DNA of 64,000 nt from a bacterium (GTDB lineage: Bacteria > Patescibacteriota > Minisyncoccia > Phycocordibacterales > UBA9973). The translations under genes and the position numbers were made by a program. The stretch is taken from the NCBI GenBank assembly GCA_037200905.1, contig JBBCGN010000001.1, positions 25,380-89,379 of the forward strand, in the 5' to 3' direction. Shown here in pieces: positions 35,203 to 45,373 of this stretch; position 1 is the stretch's first letter, and every line of letters starts with the position of its first letter. Below the pieces are notes generated by a model that saw only the letters and a program-made list of their open reading frames with translations, had not been told where the DNA came from and did not search any database.

Positions 35203-35236
35203 AGAACTAAGGACTAAGTACAAAAGAGTACTGAGT

Positions 35237-35867
35237 TCAAAGCGATAAGTTCTGCTTGCGGACACCCCCGAACCACCAGTAGTCGTACCCGACGTAGTCG
35301 TCCTGGCCGACGCGCACAATCGGCTCATCGTCCCACCGGTCGAAGTCCACGAAGCACCATTTGCCTTTTGCATTTTTCCAATGCGTACCGTTCGGGCGCG
35401 TATCGGCGAATAAAGGGTCGGCTTCGTTCACGGCGCATTGTGCCAGGGGGTCAGGCTTGAGACCGCGAAGATCATATTCTTTTTCCAAATCCTCATCGCT
35501 GATATAGCGATCCATTTTTGAAGAAAAAGACATCTGTTTCTTCGCCTTCGCCTTTCGGCATGTTAGCAACAACATCATTGCTGACATATTGCTTTCTGCC
35601 TGTGGCATCCAATGCTTCCTGTGGAGCGCGTTTGCGATTCACCTGTACATGACGAACAATCATGTTGCTCTGTGCGTCTATATACTTGTGGATAATGGGC
35701 TCCAGTTCATCCACGAGAGCCTCGGCATTCTGCTCAAGAACCTTTTGTGTCGGTTCATTGGCAAAACTTTTTTGTTCTTGCGCAGACGAGCTTGCGAGAA
35801 TTTCGCAAATTTTACCGATCTGGCCCTCGGTAATGGGGCTCAATGGGTTCATGATTTTCTTGTCCAT
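35237..35867 (-). CDS. DGR target protein 1 with C-terminal variable repeat (frameshift near 35520)
   Basis: ORFs 35493-35867 and 35237-35608 join; C-terminus FVDFDRWDDEPIVRVGQDDYVGYDYWWFGGVRK is the VR. Confidence 0.9.
35259..35354 (-). repeat. DGR variable repeat (VR)
   Basis: 82/96 identical to TR; 14 substitutions, all at TR adenines. Confidence 0.95.
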
Positions 35868-35955
35868 GACGTCATTATTTAAATTATGAAGAACGATTGC
35901 AAGCTTGAAATCCCAAATGGGTATAGGGCATAGCTCATATTCACCCTATCTATGG

Positions 35956-36007
35956 ATTATACACCTATTTATGTAAAAAGTCAATACACACAAAGCCTTG
36001 TGAAATA
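35956..36007 (-). promoter_or_regulatory. Sigma70 promoter of DGR target 1 (copy 1 of a duplicated block)
   Basis: Minus strand TTGACT-17 bp-TATAAT; 31 bp identical to 42270-42300. Confidence 0.85.
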
Positions 36008-36010
36008 GGC

Positions 36011-37139
36011 TTATTCCAGGACCTTGATGCCCGGCAGAGTGCCGCTCGCCAGGAAGTCGAGGGCGGCTCCGCCGCCGGTCGAGACGAAGGTGAATTCGTT
36101 CTCAATCTTCAATTCGGAAATGACGGCTGCCGTGTCTCCCCCGCCGATGATGGAAATAGTACCGTTCTTTGTCGCACCTGCAATCAATCGCAATATGGCT
36201 TTCGTAGCTTCTGCCCCGCCGTCTTCGTATTTGCCGAGCGGACCGTTCCACAGGATGAGCTTCGCCGCCGCGATGAGCGGCCTTGCAAGTTCTACGGCGT
36301 TCGCGCCGAGATCGATGATAGTATCAGTCTTCTCGATATCGTGAGCATTCTTCTCGATAAGAATGCCATCTTCCATTTTCACTAGCACATCTTCCGAGAT
36401 AACGAGCTTCGGATTGCCGAGCATCTTGTCGATGCCGAAGTCTCCTTCAGAAACGAAGTGAACGCCCCACCTCAAACCCCTTTGCCTTGAGAAAATCATT
36501 GAGCATGGCCCCGCCGATGAAGAGATTGTCAGCAGTACCGATGTATCTATTGATGATAGGAAGCTTGGTATCGAATTTCGCGCCGCCGAGGATGAAGAGA
36601 AACGGATGTTCCGGCCTTTCAAAGGCGATTGAAAGGTGTTTCACTTCGCTCTCAAGCTGGAAACCCGCGTATGAAGGAAGCAGGGTCGGCACAAGGGTGA
36701 TTGAAGAATCATCTCTATGGCAGACAGGGAAAGCATCGTTCACGTAGATATCTGCAAGAGCAGCGAGAGCCTTGGCAAATTCCATATCTTTTCCTTGCTC
36801 GCCCGGATTCATGCGCAGATTCTCTAGCAGAATAACATCGCCAGATGCCATAGCCTGCACGGCCTCAGTCACTTTCGCACCGATAACTTCGGGAATAAAT
36901 TTTGAAGGAATGTATTTCGCAAGCGCTGCTGCAACAGGTGCAAGCGACTCAGTACCTTTGCCGAGATGAGTGATGAGGATTACTTTCATGCCGAGTTCTG
37001 ATAAGAACTTAATTGTCAGCAGAGCTTTCTGAATGCGAAAATCGTCTGTGATCACGCCATCCTGAATCGGTACGTTAAAATCAACGCGCACGAGCGCTGC
37101 TTTGCCCTGCATGTCTTTCAATTCTTTGATGGATTTCAT
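36011..37139 (-). CDS. pgk: Phosphoglycerate kinase (frameshifted)
   Basis: RVDFNVP, LLENLR, YVNDAF, LGGAK, WNGPLG, GGGDT, STGGGA. Confidence 0.95.
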
Positions 37140-37147
37140 AAATCGGA

Positions 37148-37248
37148 GCGGAGCATGGTTCTTGAAAGGGCTTGCGCAGGCCGACGGGCCGAGCAGGAGC
37201 AAAAATTCAGCAGAATTTTATGAGTACCTTTCAAGAGCCATGTTCCGC
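37148..37248. repeat. About 100-bp element with 22-bp terminal inverted repeats
   Basis: gcggagcatggttcttgaaagg / cctttcaagagccatgttccgc (2 mismatches); inner aaaattc-agca-gaatttt. Confidence 0.7.
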
Positions 37249-37997
37249 AGAGCTGATAATCTTTGTAAATTTCTTGGCATCCAGGCTGGCCCGGCGACGA
37301 GCAGGCCCTCCACGCCGCCGCTTCTCAAAAAATCTCCCGCGTCTTTCTCGTTCACCGAACCGCCGTACAGTATCCTGACATCCTTGGCGATCTTCGAGGA
37401 CACCATGTCCGACAGGGTCTTTCGTACGAAGATAGCCATCTCGAGCGAATCGGCCGGCACGGCATCGCGGCGGTTCGCGGTGGTAGAGATAGCCCATACC
37501 GGCTCGTAGGCCACAATGACCTTGGAAATGAGATTCTTGGAAATGCCCTCCAGACATTCCTTTATCTGGGCTTTGACGAGATTGAGGTATTCATGCTTCT
37601 CATCGCGCTCGTTCTCGCCGACGCAGAGGATGGGCAGGAGGCCGGCCTGGATGGCCGCTTTGACCTTCTTGTTGATCAGTGCGTTGTCTTCGCCCATGAC
37701 CCGGCGCTCGGAGTGGCCGAGGATGACGTATTTCGCGCCGATGCCGGCAAGCATGTCGGGCGAGACTTCGCCGGTGAAGGCGCCGACATCCGTCCATGCC
37801 GCATCCTGCGCGCCGAGAGCGATCTTCTTGGAAATTTTCCTGAGCTTCTCTATATATAGGTACGGCGCGCAGACCACGACATCGGTCCTTTTCATGCCAG
37901 AGACGGATTTTGATATTTCTTTAAAGAGTTTTTCCGCTTCCTTCTCCGAAACCGGATTCATCTTCCAATTCGCGATGATGATATTCTTTCGGGCCAT
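37218..37997 (-). CDS. tpiA: Triosephosphate isomerase
   Basis: ANWKMN, GAFTGEVS, GHSERR, AYEPVWAI, LYGGSV. Confidence 0.97.
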   Translation of the reverse strand: MARKNIIIANWKMNPVSEKEAEKLFKEISKSVSGMKRTDVVVCAPYLYIEKLRKISKKIALGAQDAAWTDVGAFTGEVSPDMLAGIGAKYVILGHSERRVMGEDNALINKKVKAAIQAGLLPILCVGENERDEKHEYLNLVKAQIKECLEGISKNLISKVIVAYEPVWAISTTANRRDAVPADSLEMAIFVRKTLSDMVSSKIAKDVRILYGGSVNEKDAGDFLRSGGVEGLLVAGPAWMPRNLQRLSALRNMALERYS

Positions 37998-38038
37998 ATG
38001 GCAAAGTATAACATAATGGGATAAAATATAAGCAACGC

Positions 38039-39369
38039 ATGATTTTTCACCCTCATCACAGGAATACAGGATTCACTCTCATTGAAACTATCGTCGGTAC
38101 CGCCGTCTTCGTCGTCGTGGCGCTCTCGGCATACAAGGCATTCGGCGTACTGATGGATGCTGTCTCTTCTGCTCGGGCGAAAATCGCCGCCACGAGCGTC
38201 GCCAACGAGAAATTCGAGATCATCCGCAATCTGCCGTATGACGACGTGGGCATCGTGAACGGCATTCCGGACGGGAAACTGGCGCATACCGAGACGGTGA
38301 CGCGGGACAATTACTCCTTCAATCTCACCACCACCGTCAGGAACCAGGACGACAGCTTCGACGGCACCATCGGCGGCAGCCCGTCGGACACGTCGCCCGC
38401 CGATTACAAGCTCGCCGAGCTCGATATCGCCTGCGGCAACTGCAAGATTTTTTTCTCCATTGAAGTTCATCACCCTGGTGGCGCCGCACGCCCTCGAAAC
38501 GGCCTCCACTAACGGCGCTCTCTTCATCCAAGTCTTCGACTCGAACGGCGCGGCCGTCCAGGGCGCGAACGTACACATCGTGAACACCCAGACCAACCCC
38601 GACACTACTATCGACGACACTACGGACCTGAACGGCTACCTGAAGATCATCGACGCGCCGCCGGCACGAACGCCTACAAGATCACCGTATCGAAAACCGG
38701 CTACTCCACCGACCAGACCTACCCCATCGGCGGCGCGGCCGGGCCCGAGCCCGAGCGACCCCAATGCCACCGTCGTCGTCCAGCACGTCACGCAGACCAG
38801 CCTGTCGATAGACAGGACGAGCACGCTGGCAGTTTCTTCCGTTGATCCGACATGCGTGGCAGTGCCTTCCATCGGCTTCTCCGCTCACCGGAGAAAAGAC
38901 CATCGGTACGGGAGTATTGAAATATCCGACGCACAGCTTCACCACCGACGCGAACGGCAGCTACACCGTCTCGGGCCTCGAATGGGACACCTATGCGAGC
39001 GCGCTGACCAATGCCGCCTACGACCTGGCTGGCACGAGCCTCATGCCCGTATTCGACGTGAACGCCGGAGAGAACAAGGCCGTGCAGATGATAGTCACGC
39101 CCCATCTCGACAAGGCATTGCTCGTCTCAGTGGTGGACGGGAACGGCGCAGCCATCGACGGCGCGCTCGTGGTGCTGCAGAAAACGCCGTTCTCCGACAC
39201 CAAGACTACCAATGGCGGCACATGCGCTACGCCGGGCCAAGTATTCTGGAACGGCCTGGCGAGCGGCACATATTCCTTGACCGTTTCCAAGACGGGATAT
39301 GCCACATCAGTGACATCGGTAAGCCTCTCTTCCAGCTGGCAGAACCCGACGATAACCCTCGCGCCATAA
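38039..39369 (+). CDS. Large prepilin-like protein with C-terminal beta domains (frameshifted)
   Basis: Class III signal GFTLIET; carboxypeptidase-regulatory-like segments (GTYSLTVSKTGY). Confidence 0.8.
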
Positions 39370-39370
39370 T

Positions 39371-40006
39371 ATGAAAAATTTTACGCACAACAAAAAAGGC
39401 TTCGCCCGCAGGCCCCTGGCCGAGGGATTCAGCATCGTCGAGATGCTCATCGCCGTTTCCATCATCACCGTCGTCGGCCTGGCGCTCGGGTACTTCGCGC
39501 GGAACATCTTCGTCTACAACTCCTTCGTCTCGGCGGGTCTCGCCAACGCCGATGCCGGCCGCAATATCCTCACCGTCGCCGCGGCGGAGATCCGCGGGGC
39601 TACGCCGGCCGACACCGGCGCCTACACCATCGACACGGCCACGGCCACGACCTTCACCTTCTACTCCGACATCGACAACGACGGGCTGAAGGATCGGGTG
39701 CGCTATTTTCTCTCCGGCACTTCGTTCAAGAAGGGCGTGACCAAGCCCTCCGGCAGCCCGCTCACGTACAACAGCGCGAACGAGAAGCTCTCTACCCTCA
39801 TCTATAACGTCACCGGCACGAGCATCTTTTCCTACTACGACAAGAATTACGACGGCACCACCGCGGCCCTCCCGTCCCCTGTCGACGTGTCGAAGATCCG
39901 CCTCGTGAAGCTCACCGTCACCATCGACCGCGATCCGAACCGTTCGCCTATCCCGATGACGTTTTCCACCCAAGTGTCCATCCGCAACCTCAAAGACAAC
40001 CTATGA
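39371..40006 (+). CDS. Minor pilin/pseudopilin (PilW/GspJ-like)
   Basis: GFSIVEMLIAVSII N-methylation motif, C-terminal TQVSIRN. Confidence 0.85.
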   Translation: MKNFTHNKKGFARRPLAEGFSIVEMLIAVSIITVVGLALGYFARNIFVYNSFVSAGLANADAGRNILTVAAAEIRGATPADTGAYTIDTATATTFTFYSDIDNDGLKDRVRYFLSGTSFKKGVTKPSGSPLTYNSANEKLSTLIYNVTGTSIFSYYDKNYDGTTAALPSPVDVSKIRLVKLTVTIDRDPNRSPIPMTFSTQVSIRNLKDNL

Positions 40007-41458
40007 GAAACATCTTCCATGAAAAAAGAATGCGCGGCAACAAGGGCATCCTGATCGTGCAGGTCATCGTCTTTTCGGCCGTGATGATCGCCGTCATCGG
40101 CGGACTCTCGGGCTGGGCCGCGACCACGATCAAGGCCGGGCGCATCACCTTCAACCGCGAACAGGCCTTCCAAGCGGCCGAAGCCGGCATCGATTATTAC
40201 CGCTGGCACCTCGCCCACGCGCCGGCCGACTACAAGGACGGCACGACCGGCAGCGGCCCGTACGTGCACAGCCTGAAGGACAAGAATGGCACGCCCATCG
40301 GGCAGTTCTCTCTCGCCATCACGGCCCCGGCCACCGGCTCCACCATCGTGAAGATCACCTCTACCGGATCATCGGCTCTCGATCCGTCGTACGTAAGAAA
40401 GATCGCCAGCCAGGTGGCAAAACCGTCCATCGCGAAATACCGCCTTCGCCGGCAACAGCTCCATGCGCTTCGGCTCGGGCACGGAAGTATACGGCCCGAT
40501 ACACTCGAACGGCGGCATCCGCTTCGACGGCCTGGCGCACAATCTCGTCACGAGCGGCGCCACGACATATGCCGATGCCGACGCCGATGCCTGCACCACG
40601 AACAATTCTTACGGCGTGCATACCTGCCTCTCGCCGCAGGATCCGACTTCGCCCGCGGTATTGCCGACCCGTTCGGACGTATTCGCCGCCGGACGCCTGA
40701 TCAGCCAGCCGAGCGTAAGCTTCTCCGGCTTCACGTCCGACCTCAATACCCTGAAGACGGCGAGCAAGACCGCGAGCGGCTTCTATCGCGATGCGGTCGG
40801 CGGCTCGTACGTGGGCTACCATGTGATACTGAAGACCAACGACACGTTCGACTTGTACAAGATAGGGAGTTGGACAAGCTTGGGAAACTGCACGACGCAG
40901 GCTCCGAACACGTTGAGCTGGAGCATCAACGCGCAGACCATTATCGGCAACTATGCTTTCCCGGCGAACGGCGTGATGTTCTTCGAGGACAATGTCGTCG
41001 TCGACGGGACTATCAATGGCGCGCGCCTGACCATCATCGCCGCGGACTTGCCCGTGCCGTCCGACACCACGAAGTACAAGAACATCATCGTCAACAGCAA
41101 TCTCCTGTATACCAATTTCGACGGCACGGATTCCCTCGGGCTCATCGCCCAGAATGCGGTCACGACGGGCATGGTATCGAACGACAATCTGACCATCGAC
41201 GGCGCCCTCATCGCCCAGAACGACCGCGTCGGCCGGCCGTACTTCGGAGGCGCGAGCTGCGCCTACAAGAACCGCTCGACCATCACGCTCTACGGCATGA
41301 TCGCTTCCAATGCGAGATACGGCTACTCCTGGACCGACGGCACCGGCTATGCCACGAGAAACATCGTCTACGACGCGAATCTCCTGTACGCCCCGCCGCC
41401 GTCCTTCCCGCTGACGTCTGACCAGTATCAGATACTGTCCTGGAAAGAGGTGAAGTAA
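40003..41458 (+). CDS. PilX-like minor pilin (frameshift near 40440)
   Basis: KGILIVQ, QAFQAAEAGI PilX N-terminus, ends SWKEVK. Confidence 0.8.
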
Positions 41459-41491
41459 GGCTGATTCATCTATATAGTATAAAAAGAAAAA

Positions 41492-41513
41492 GTCCTGGAA
41501 ATATTTCCAGGAC
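41492..41513. terminator. Perfect 22-bp palindrome downstream of putative target 2
   Basis: gtcctggaaat|atttccaggac, T-rich tail on the minus strand. Confidence 0.7.
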
Positions 41514-41528
41514 CTGAAGATGTAAAAA

Positions 41529-42197
41529 CTACTGCGTGTGATTGCGGAAAAAAGATCGATCGCCGGCACGCCACTCGAAGGAGGCACGGAACTCAACGAC
41601 GAACACGTCCCAGCCGTCGTCGTTCCAGTACACGCACACGCCGCACAAAGCGCCTTTCTTGTTTCTGACCCAGAAGAGATTGGCGTAACCATTGTCGAGA
41701 AGGAGCTTTTCTCCTCCCACGATATGCCGTTCGCAAATCTGCTTGACGTGGGCCATATCCACTTCTTCATAGATCCCACCGGCTTTCGCGTCGCCGATAA
41801 TATTCTCTTCGGTGATATCTTCGGTGAATTTGTAGCTCGCCAGTTCTTTCGCGGGAGAGTTTTTCACTTCGGTCTCTAACCAGCTGAAGATATCGCCGTC
41901 GACATGTACAAAGATACCGCCTTGGTCTTTTGTCTTGAAGAAATCTTTGGTGTTGAAAGATTCGGTCGCTTCCAGACTTATGCCGGAAACGGCACGCTTG
42001 AGACGTCCAGAGATTTCGGAAACACCTGTAATGCCGAAAATCTCGTCTCTCTTGCTCGCCGACATCTTTAAAAACTTCTCAAGATGAAGTATGAATCTCC
42101 CGTCGTTCTTTTTTACAGCCGCTCTCAGCCGTTCAAGAATGCTTCCTTGCAGTCCAAATACTTTATCCGGATCTGCACCGATGTTTTTGTTTGCCAT
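41529..42197 (-). CDS. Hypothetical protein, putative second DGR target (VR-like C-terminus)
   Basis: C-terminus GVCVYWNDDGWDVFVVEFRASFEWRAGDRSFFRN with NNY codons at alternating positions; same promoter block as target 1. Confidence 0.7.
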   Translation of the reverse strand: MANKNIGADPDKVFGLQGSILERLRAAVKKNDGRFILHLEKFLKMSASKRDEIFGITGVSEISGRLKRAVSGISLEATESFNTKDFFKTKDQGGIFVHVDGDIFSWLETEVKNSPAKELASYKFTEDITEENIIGDAKAGGIYEEVDMAHVKQICERHIVGGEKLLLDNGYANLFWVRNKKGALCGVCVYWNDDGWDVFVVEFRASFEWRAGDRSFFRNHTQ

Positions 42198-42269
42198 CAG
42201 TTTAAATTTTAAATGAACAAATCAGTCCGATTACATTTCTTGCATAGGCGGACTTTTACCTATATGTAT

Positions 42270-42320
42270 ATTATACACCTATTTATGTAAAAAGTCAATA
42301 TTACGAAGCCTTGTGAAATA
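42270..42320 (-). promoter_or_regulatory. Sigma70 promoter (copy 2 of the duplicated block)
   Basis: attatacacctatttatgtaaaaagtcaata + aagccttgtgaaata shared with 35956-36007. Confidence 0.85.
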
Positions 42321-42337
42321 AAGGTTTTTCAGGAAAA

Positions 42338-43551
42338 TTAGTTGATATTGTTGAGGATCGAGTAGAGCGGCGTCACCATGGAGATGGCGAAGAAACCGAC
42401 GCCCGCGCCGATGACGATCATCAGTATCGGCTCGATGATAGTGGAAAGATTGGCAGTTTTCGCCTCGATTTCGCCTTCGTAAAATGTCGCCACTTCGAGC
42501 AGCATGTCGGAGAGCTTGCCCGTCTCCTCGCCCACTTGGATCATCTCCGCCATCATGACGGGATAGAGCTTCGGGTTGTTGACGAATACCTGGGAGAACG
42601 GCGCGCCCTTTTCGATATCGACGACGGCCTGATCGAGGACTTTCTTGTAATACACGTTCTGCACCACGTCCTTGGTGATCTCGATGGCCCGGGTGATGGA
42701 TACGCCGGAAAGGAGGAGCGACGACATGGTGCGAGCGGTACGAGCGGTGTTGAGCTCGCGGGTCATGGTGCCGATCACCGGCAGGCGCACCACGATGAAG
42801 TCGATATATTTCGCCATGAACGGCGCCCGGAAGAGATAGATGATTCCCGCGATGATGACGATGATGGAAACGAGCGACAGGAAGAGGTACTGCGAGAAGA
42901 AGTTGCCGAGAGCGATGATGAAGCGCGTGGTCGCGGGCAATGTCACTCCGAGCTCCTGGAAGGTCTTGGCGAGCGTCGGCACCACGAAGGCGAACATCAG
43001 CACGCCGATGAGCACCATGGCGGACATGATGACGCCCGGGTAGATAAGCGCGCCCTTCACTTTCTTCGTCAGGTTGTTGGCTTTCTCGAGGTTGCCGCCC
43101 ACTTCGGTGAGCGCGCCGGCCAGGTTGCCGGATTCTTCGCCGGCTTTCGTCATGGAGACGAAGAGGTTCGAAAAAGTGCCGGGGAACTTGGCGATGCCGG
43201 AGGAAAAAGTGCCGCCCGCGTTGATTTCCGCAGTCACGGAGTTGAGGATGTTGGTCAGCGCCCTTTTCTTGGTCTGCTTCTGCAGCACGGACAGCGCCCG
43301 CGAGAGCGAGAGCCCCGCCTTGATCATGCCCGAGAGGTTCTTCGTTATGAGTATCAATTCCGAAGCCTTCACTTTGCCGAAGAATCTGTCGAAGAACACG
43401 GAGAGGTCGAACTGCTTACCTTCTTCTGCGATGGTTATCGGGATGAGTCCTTTCGTCAGGAGCTCGTGCGACACGGCGAAAGGTCCCCGGCCTCCATGGT
43501 GCCGAGTGAGAGCTCGCCGGTCTTCGATTTTGCCTTGTAGGAAAAAAGCAT
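42338..43551 (-). CDS. pilC: Type IV pilus/T2SS platform protein PilC/GspF (5' frameshift)
   Basis: AGLSLSRAL, AGEESGNL, ALIYP, VGEETGKL, IEP. Confidence 0.92.
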
Positions 43552-43561
43552 CGCTGTATGT

Positions 43562-45312
43562 CTATTCCGAGACGACGCGGAAGATCTCTTCGAGCGTCGT
43601 CATGCCGAGCACCGCCTGGAAGATGCCGTCTTCGAGCATGGTCATCATGCCTTCTTTCTTGGCCTGCTCTTCCATCGCGTCCTCCGAGCCGCCCTTGATG
43701 ATCATCTCCTTGATCGTGGGCGAGACTTTCAGGACTTCATGGATGCCCACGCGGCTCGAGTAGCCGTCTTCGCTCTCGCCGGATTTCACCGCCTTGTAAA
43801 AAGGAATCTTGTCCCAGGTGTCATTCTCGCCGATGAGGTTTTCCGCCTTGAGGAGCGCGAGCATGCGGTCGAGGTCGACCAGTTTTCCCCAAATTCTTGA
43901 TCTCGTCGGCGCTCAGGAAATACTTTTCCTTGTTCGAGATGAGCTTGCGCACCAGGCGCTGGGCGATGATGGTCTTCACGGTGGAGACGATCAGGAACGG
44001 CTCCACGCCCATGTCTATCATGCGGGGGATGGCGCCGACGGCGGAGTTCGTGTGTATGGTCGAGAGCACGAGGTGGCCGGTGAGCGAGGCGTTCACGGCG
44101 AGGGATGCCGTCTCGCCGTCGCGGATCTCGCCCACCATGATGATGTCCGGATCCTGGCGGAGCAGGGTGCGCAAGCCGTTGGCGAAGGTCAGGCCGATCT
44201 CCGATTTCACCTGCGTCTGGTTCACTCGCGGCATCTGGTACTCGATAGGGTCTTCGATGGTGGAGATGTTCACTTCCGGCTTGTTCAGGATATCGAGCAT
44301 GGTATAGAGCGTCGTGGTCTTGCCCGAGCCGGTCGGGCCGGTGGCGAGCACCATGCCCGTCTTCTGTTTCAGGGAACTGTGGATGCGCTCGAGCCCTTCG
44401 CCGTGGAAACCGAGGCCTTCGAGAGAAAAACCGTGCGCATTTTCCTTGAGGATACGGATGACGGTCTTCTCGCCGAAGAACGTCGGCAGCGTCGAGACGC
44501 GGAAAGAGATCTTCTCGCCGTTCTGGTCGATCTTGAAGCGGCCGTCCTGCGGCAAGCGCTTCTCGTCGAGCTTCAGGTTCGAGAGCACCTTGATGCGGGC
44601 AGTGATGCCCGTGCCGGCGCTCTTGTCGAGCACCATGGCATCGTGCAGTATGCCGTCGATGCGGTACCTGACAGTGAGCTCGTTCTCGCCCGGCTCGATG
44701 TGCACGTCGGATGCGTTCTGCAGTATGGCATGAGAGATGAGCGAGTCGACGATCTTGATGACGGGCAATTCTTTCGCCATCTTCTTCAGGTCTTCTTCCG
44801 AACCCTCGTCGGCATCTTTGGAAATCTCCTGCAGAGAAACGGTCTCCTTCTCGATGATGTCGTTGAACTCGGCCTGCAAGCTCTTGCGGTACTGCACGAG
44901 CGCGGACCTGATTGACGCCGTATCGGTAAGGCGCGGCAGGATCTTCAGCCCCGAGCGCTTCTTGATGAAATCGATGACCGGCAAGTCATCCACGTCGAGC
45001 ATGGCCACTTCGAGCCCGGCCTCGCTCTTCTTGTAGGAGATGATGTTGTAGTTGTGGGCGATCGGCTCGGGGATGAGCGAGAGCACGGCAATGTCGATCT
45101 TCTCGTCGACGAGGCTGATGAAGGGGATGCCGAGCACGAATGCCTCCATGCGCTTGAGATCGCTTTCGGAGATTTTCCCCCTCGGAGAGCAGGATGTCGC
45201 CGACTTTCTGCTCCTTTTCCGCCGCTTTGGCGATGGCATCGCCGAGATCAGTCTTCGAGACCAGTTTTGATTCGAGAATAAATTTCTTCAACTGTTCCTC
45301 GTTGATTTGCAT
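43562..45312 (-). CDS. pilB: Type IV pilus assembly ATPase PilB/GspE (frameshifted)
   Basis: ASDVHIEP, RLPQDGR, GPTGSGKTTT, EDPIE, LRQDPD, GEIRD, TGHLVLSTIHTN. Confidence 0.94.
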
Positions 45313-45326
45313 TAGCTATAGTATAG

Positions 45327-45358
45327 CAAAAAACCCCTCGGAACGAGAGGTTTTTTGC
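45327..45358 (-). terminator. Terminator-like hairpin between the VWA gene and pilB
   Basis: gcaaaaaacccctcg-gaa-cgagaggttttttgc. Confidence 0.65.
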
Positions 45359-45373
45359 ATATCTTGAGAAGAT

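Larger units (their letters stand above)
33411..36007 (-). mobile_element. Diversity-generating retroelement cassette (target/VR - TR - antisense avd - RT)
   Basis: Co-located RT, Avd-like gene, TR/VR pair and hairpin; lies between HIT and pgk. Confidence 0.93.

Noticed and set aside
41540-41645. Putative target 2 as a second VR of the local TR
   Set aside because: No alignment to 34808-34903 at non-adenine positions
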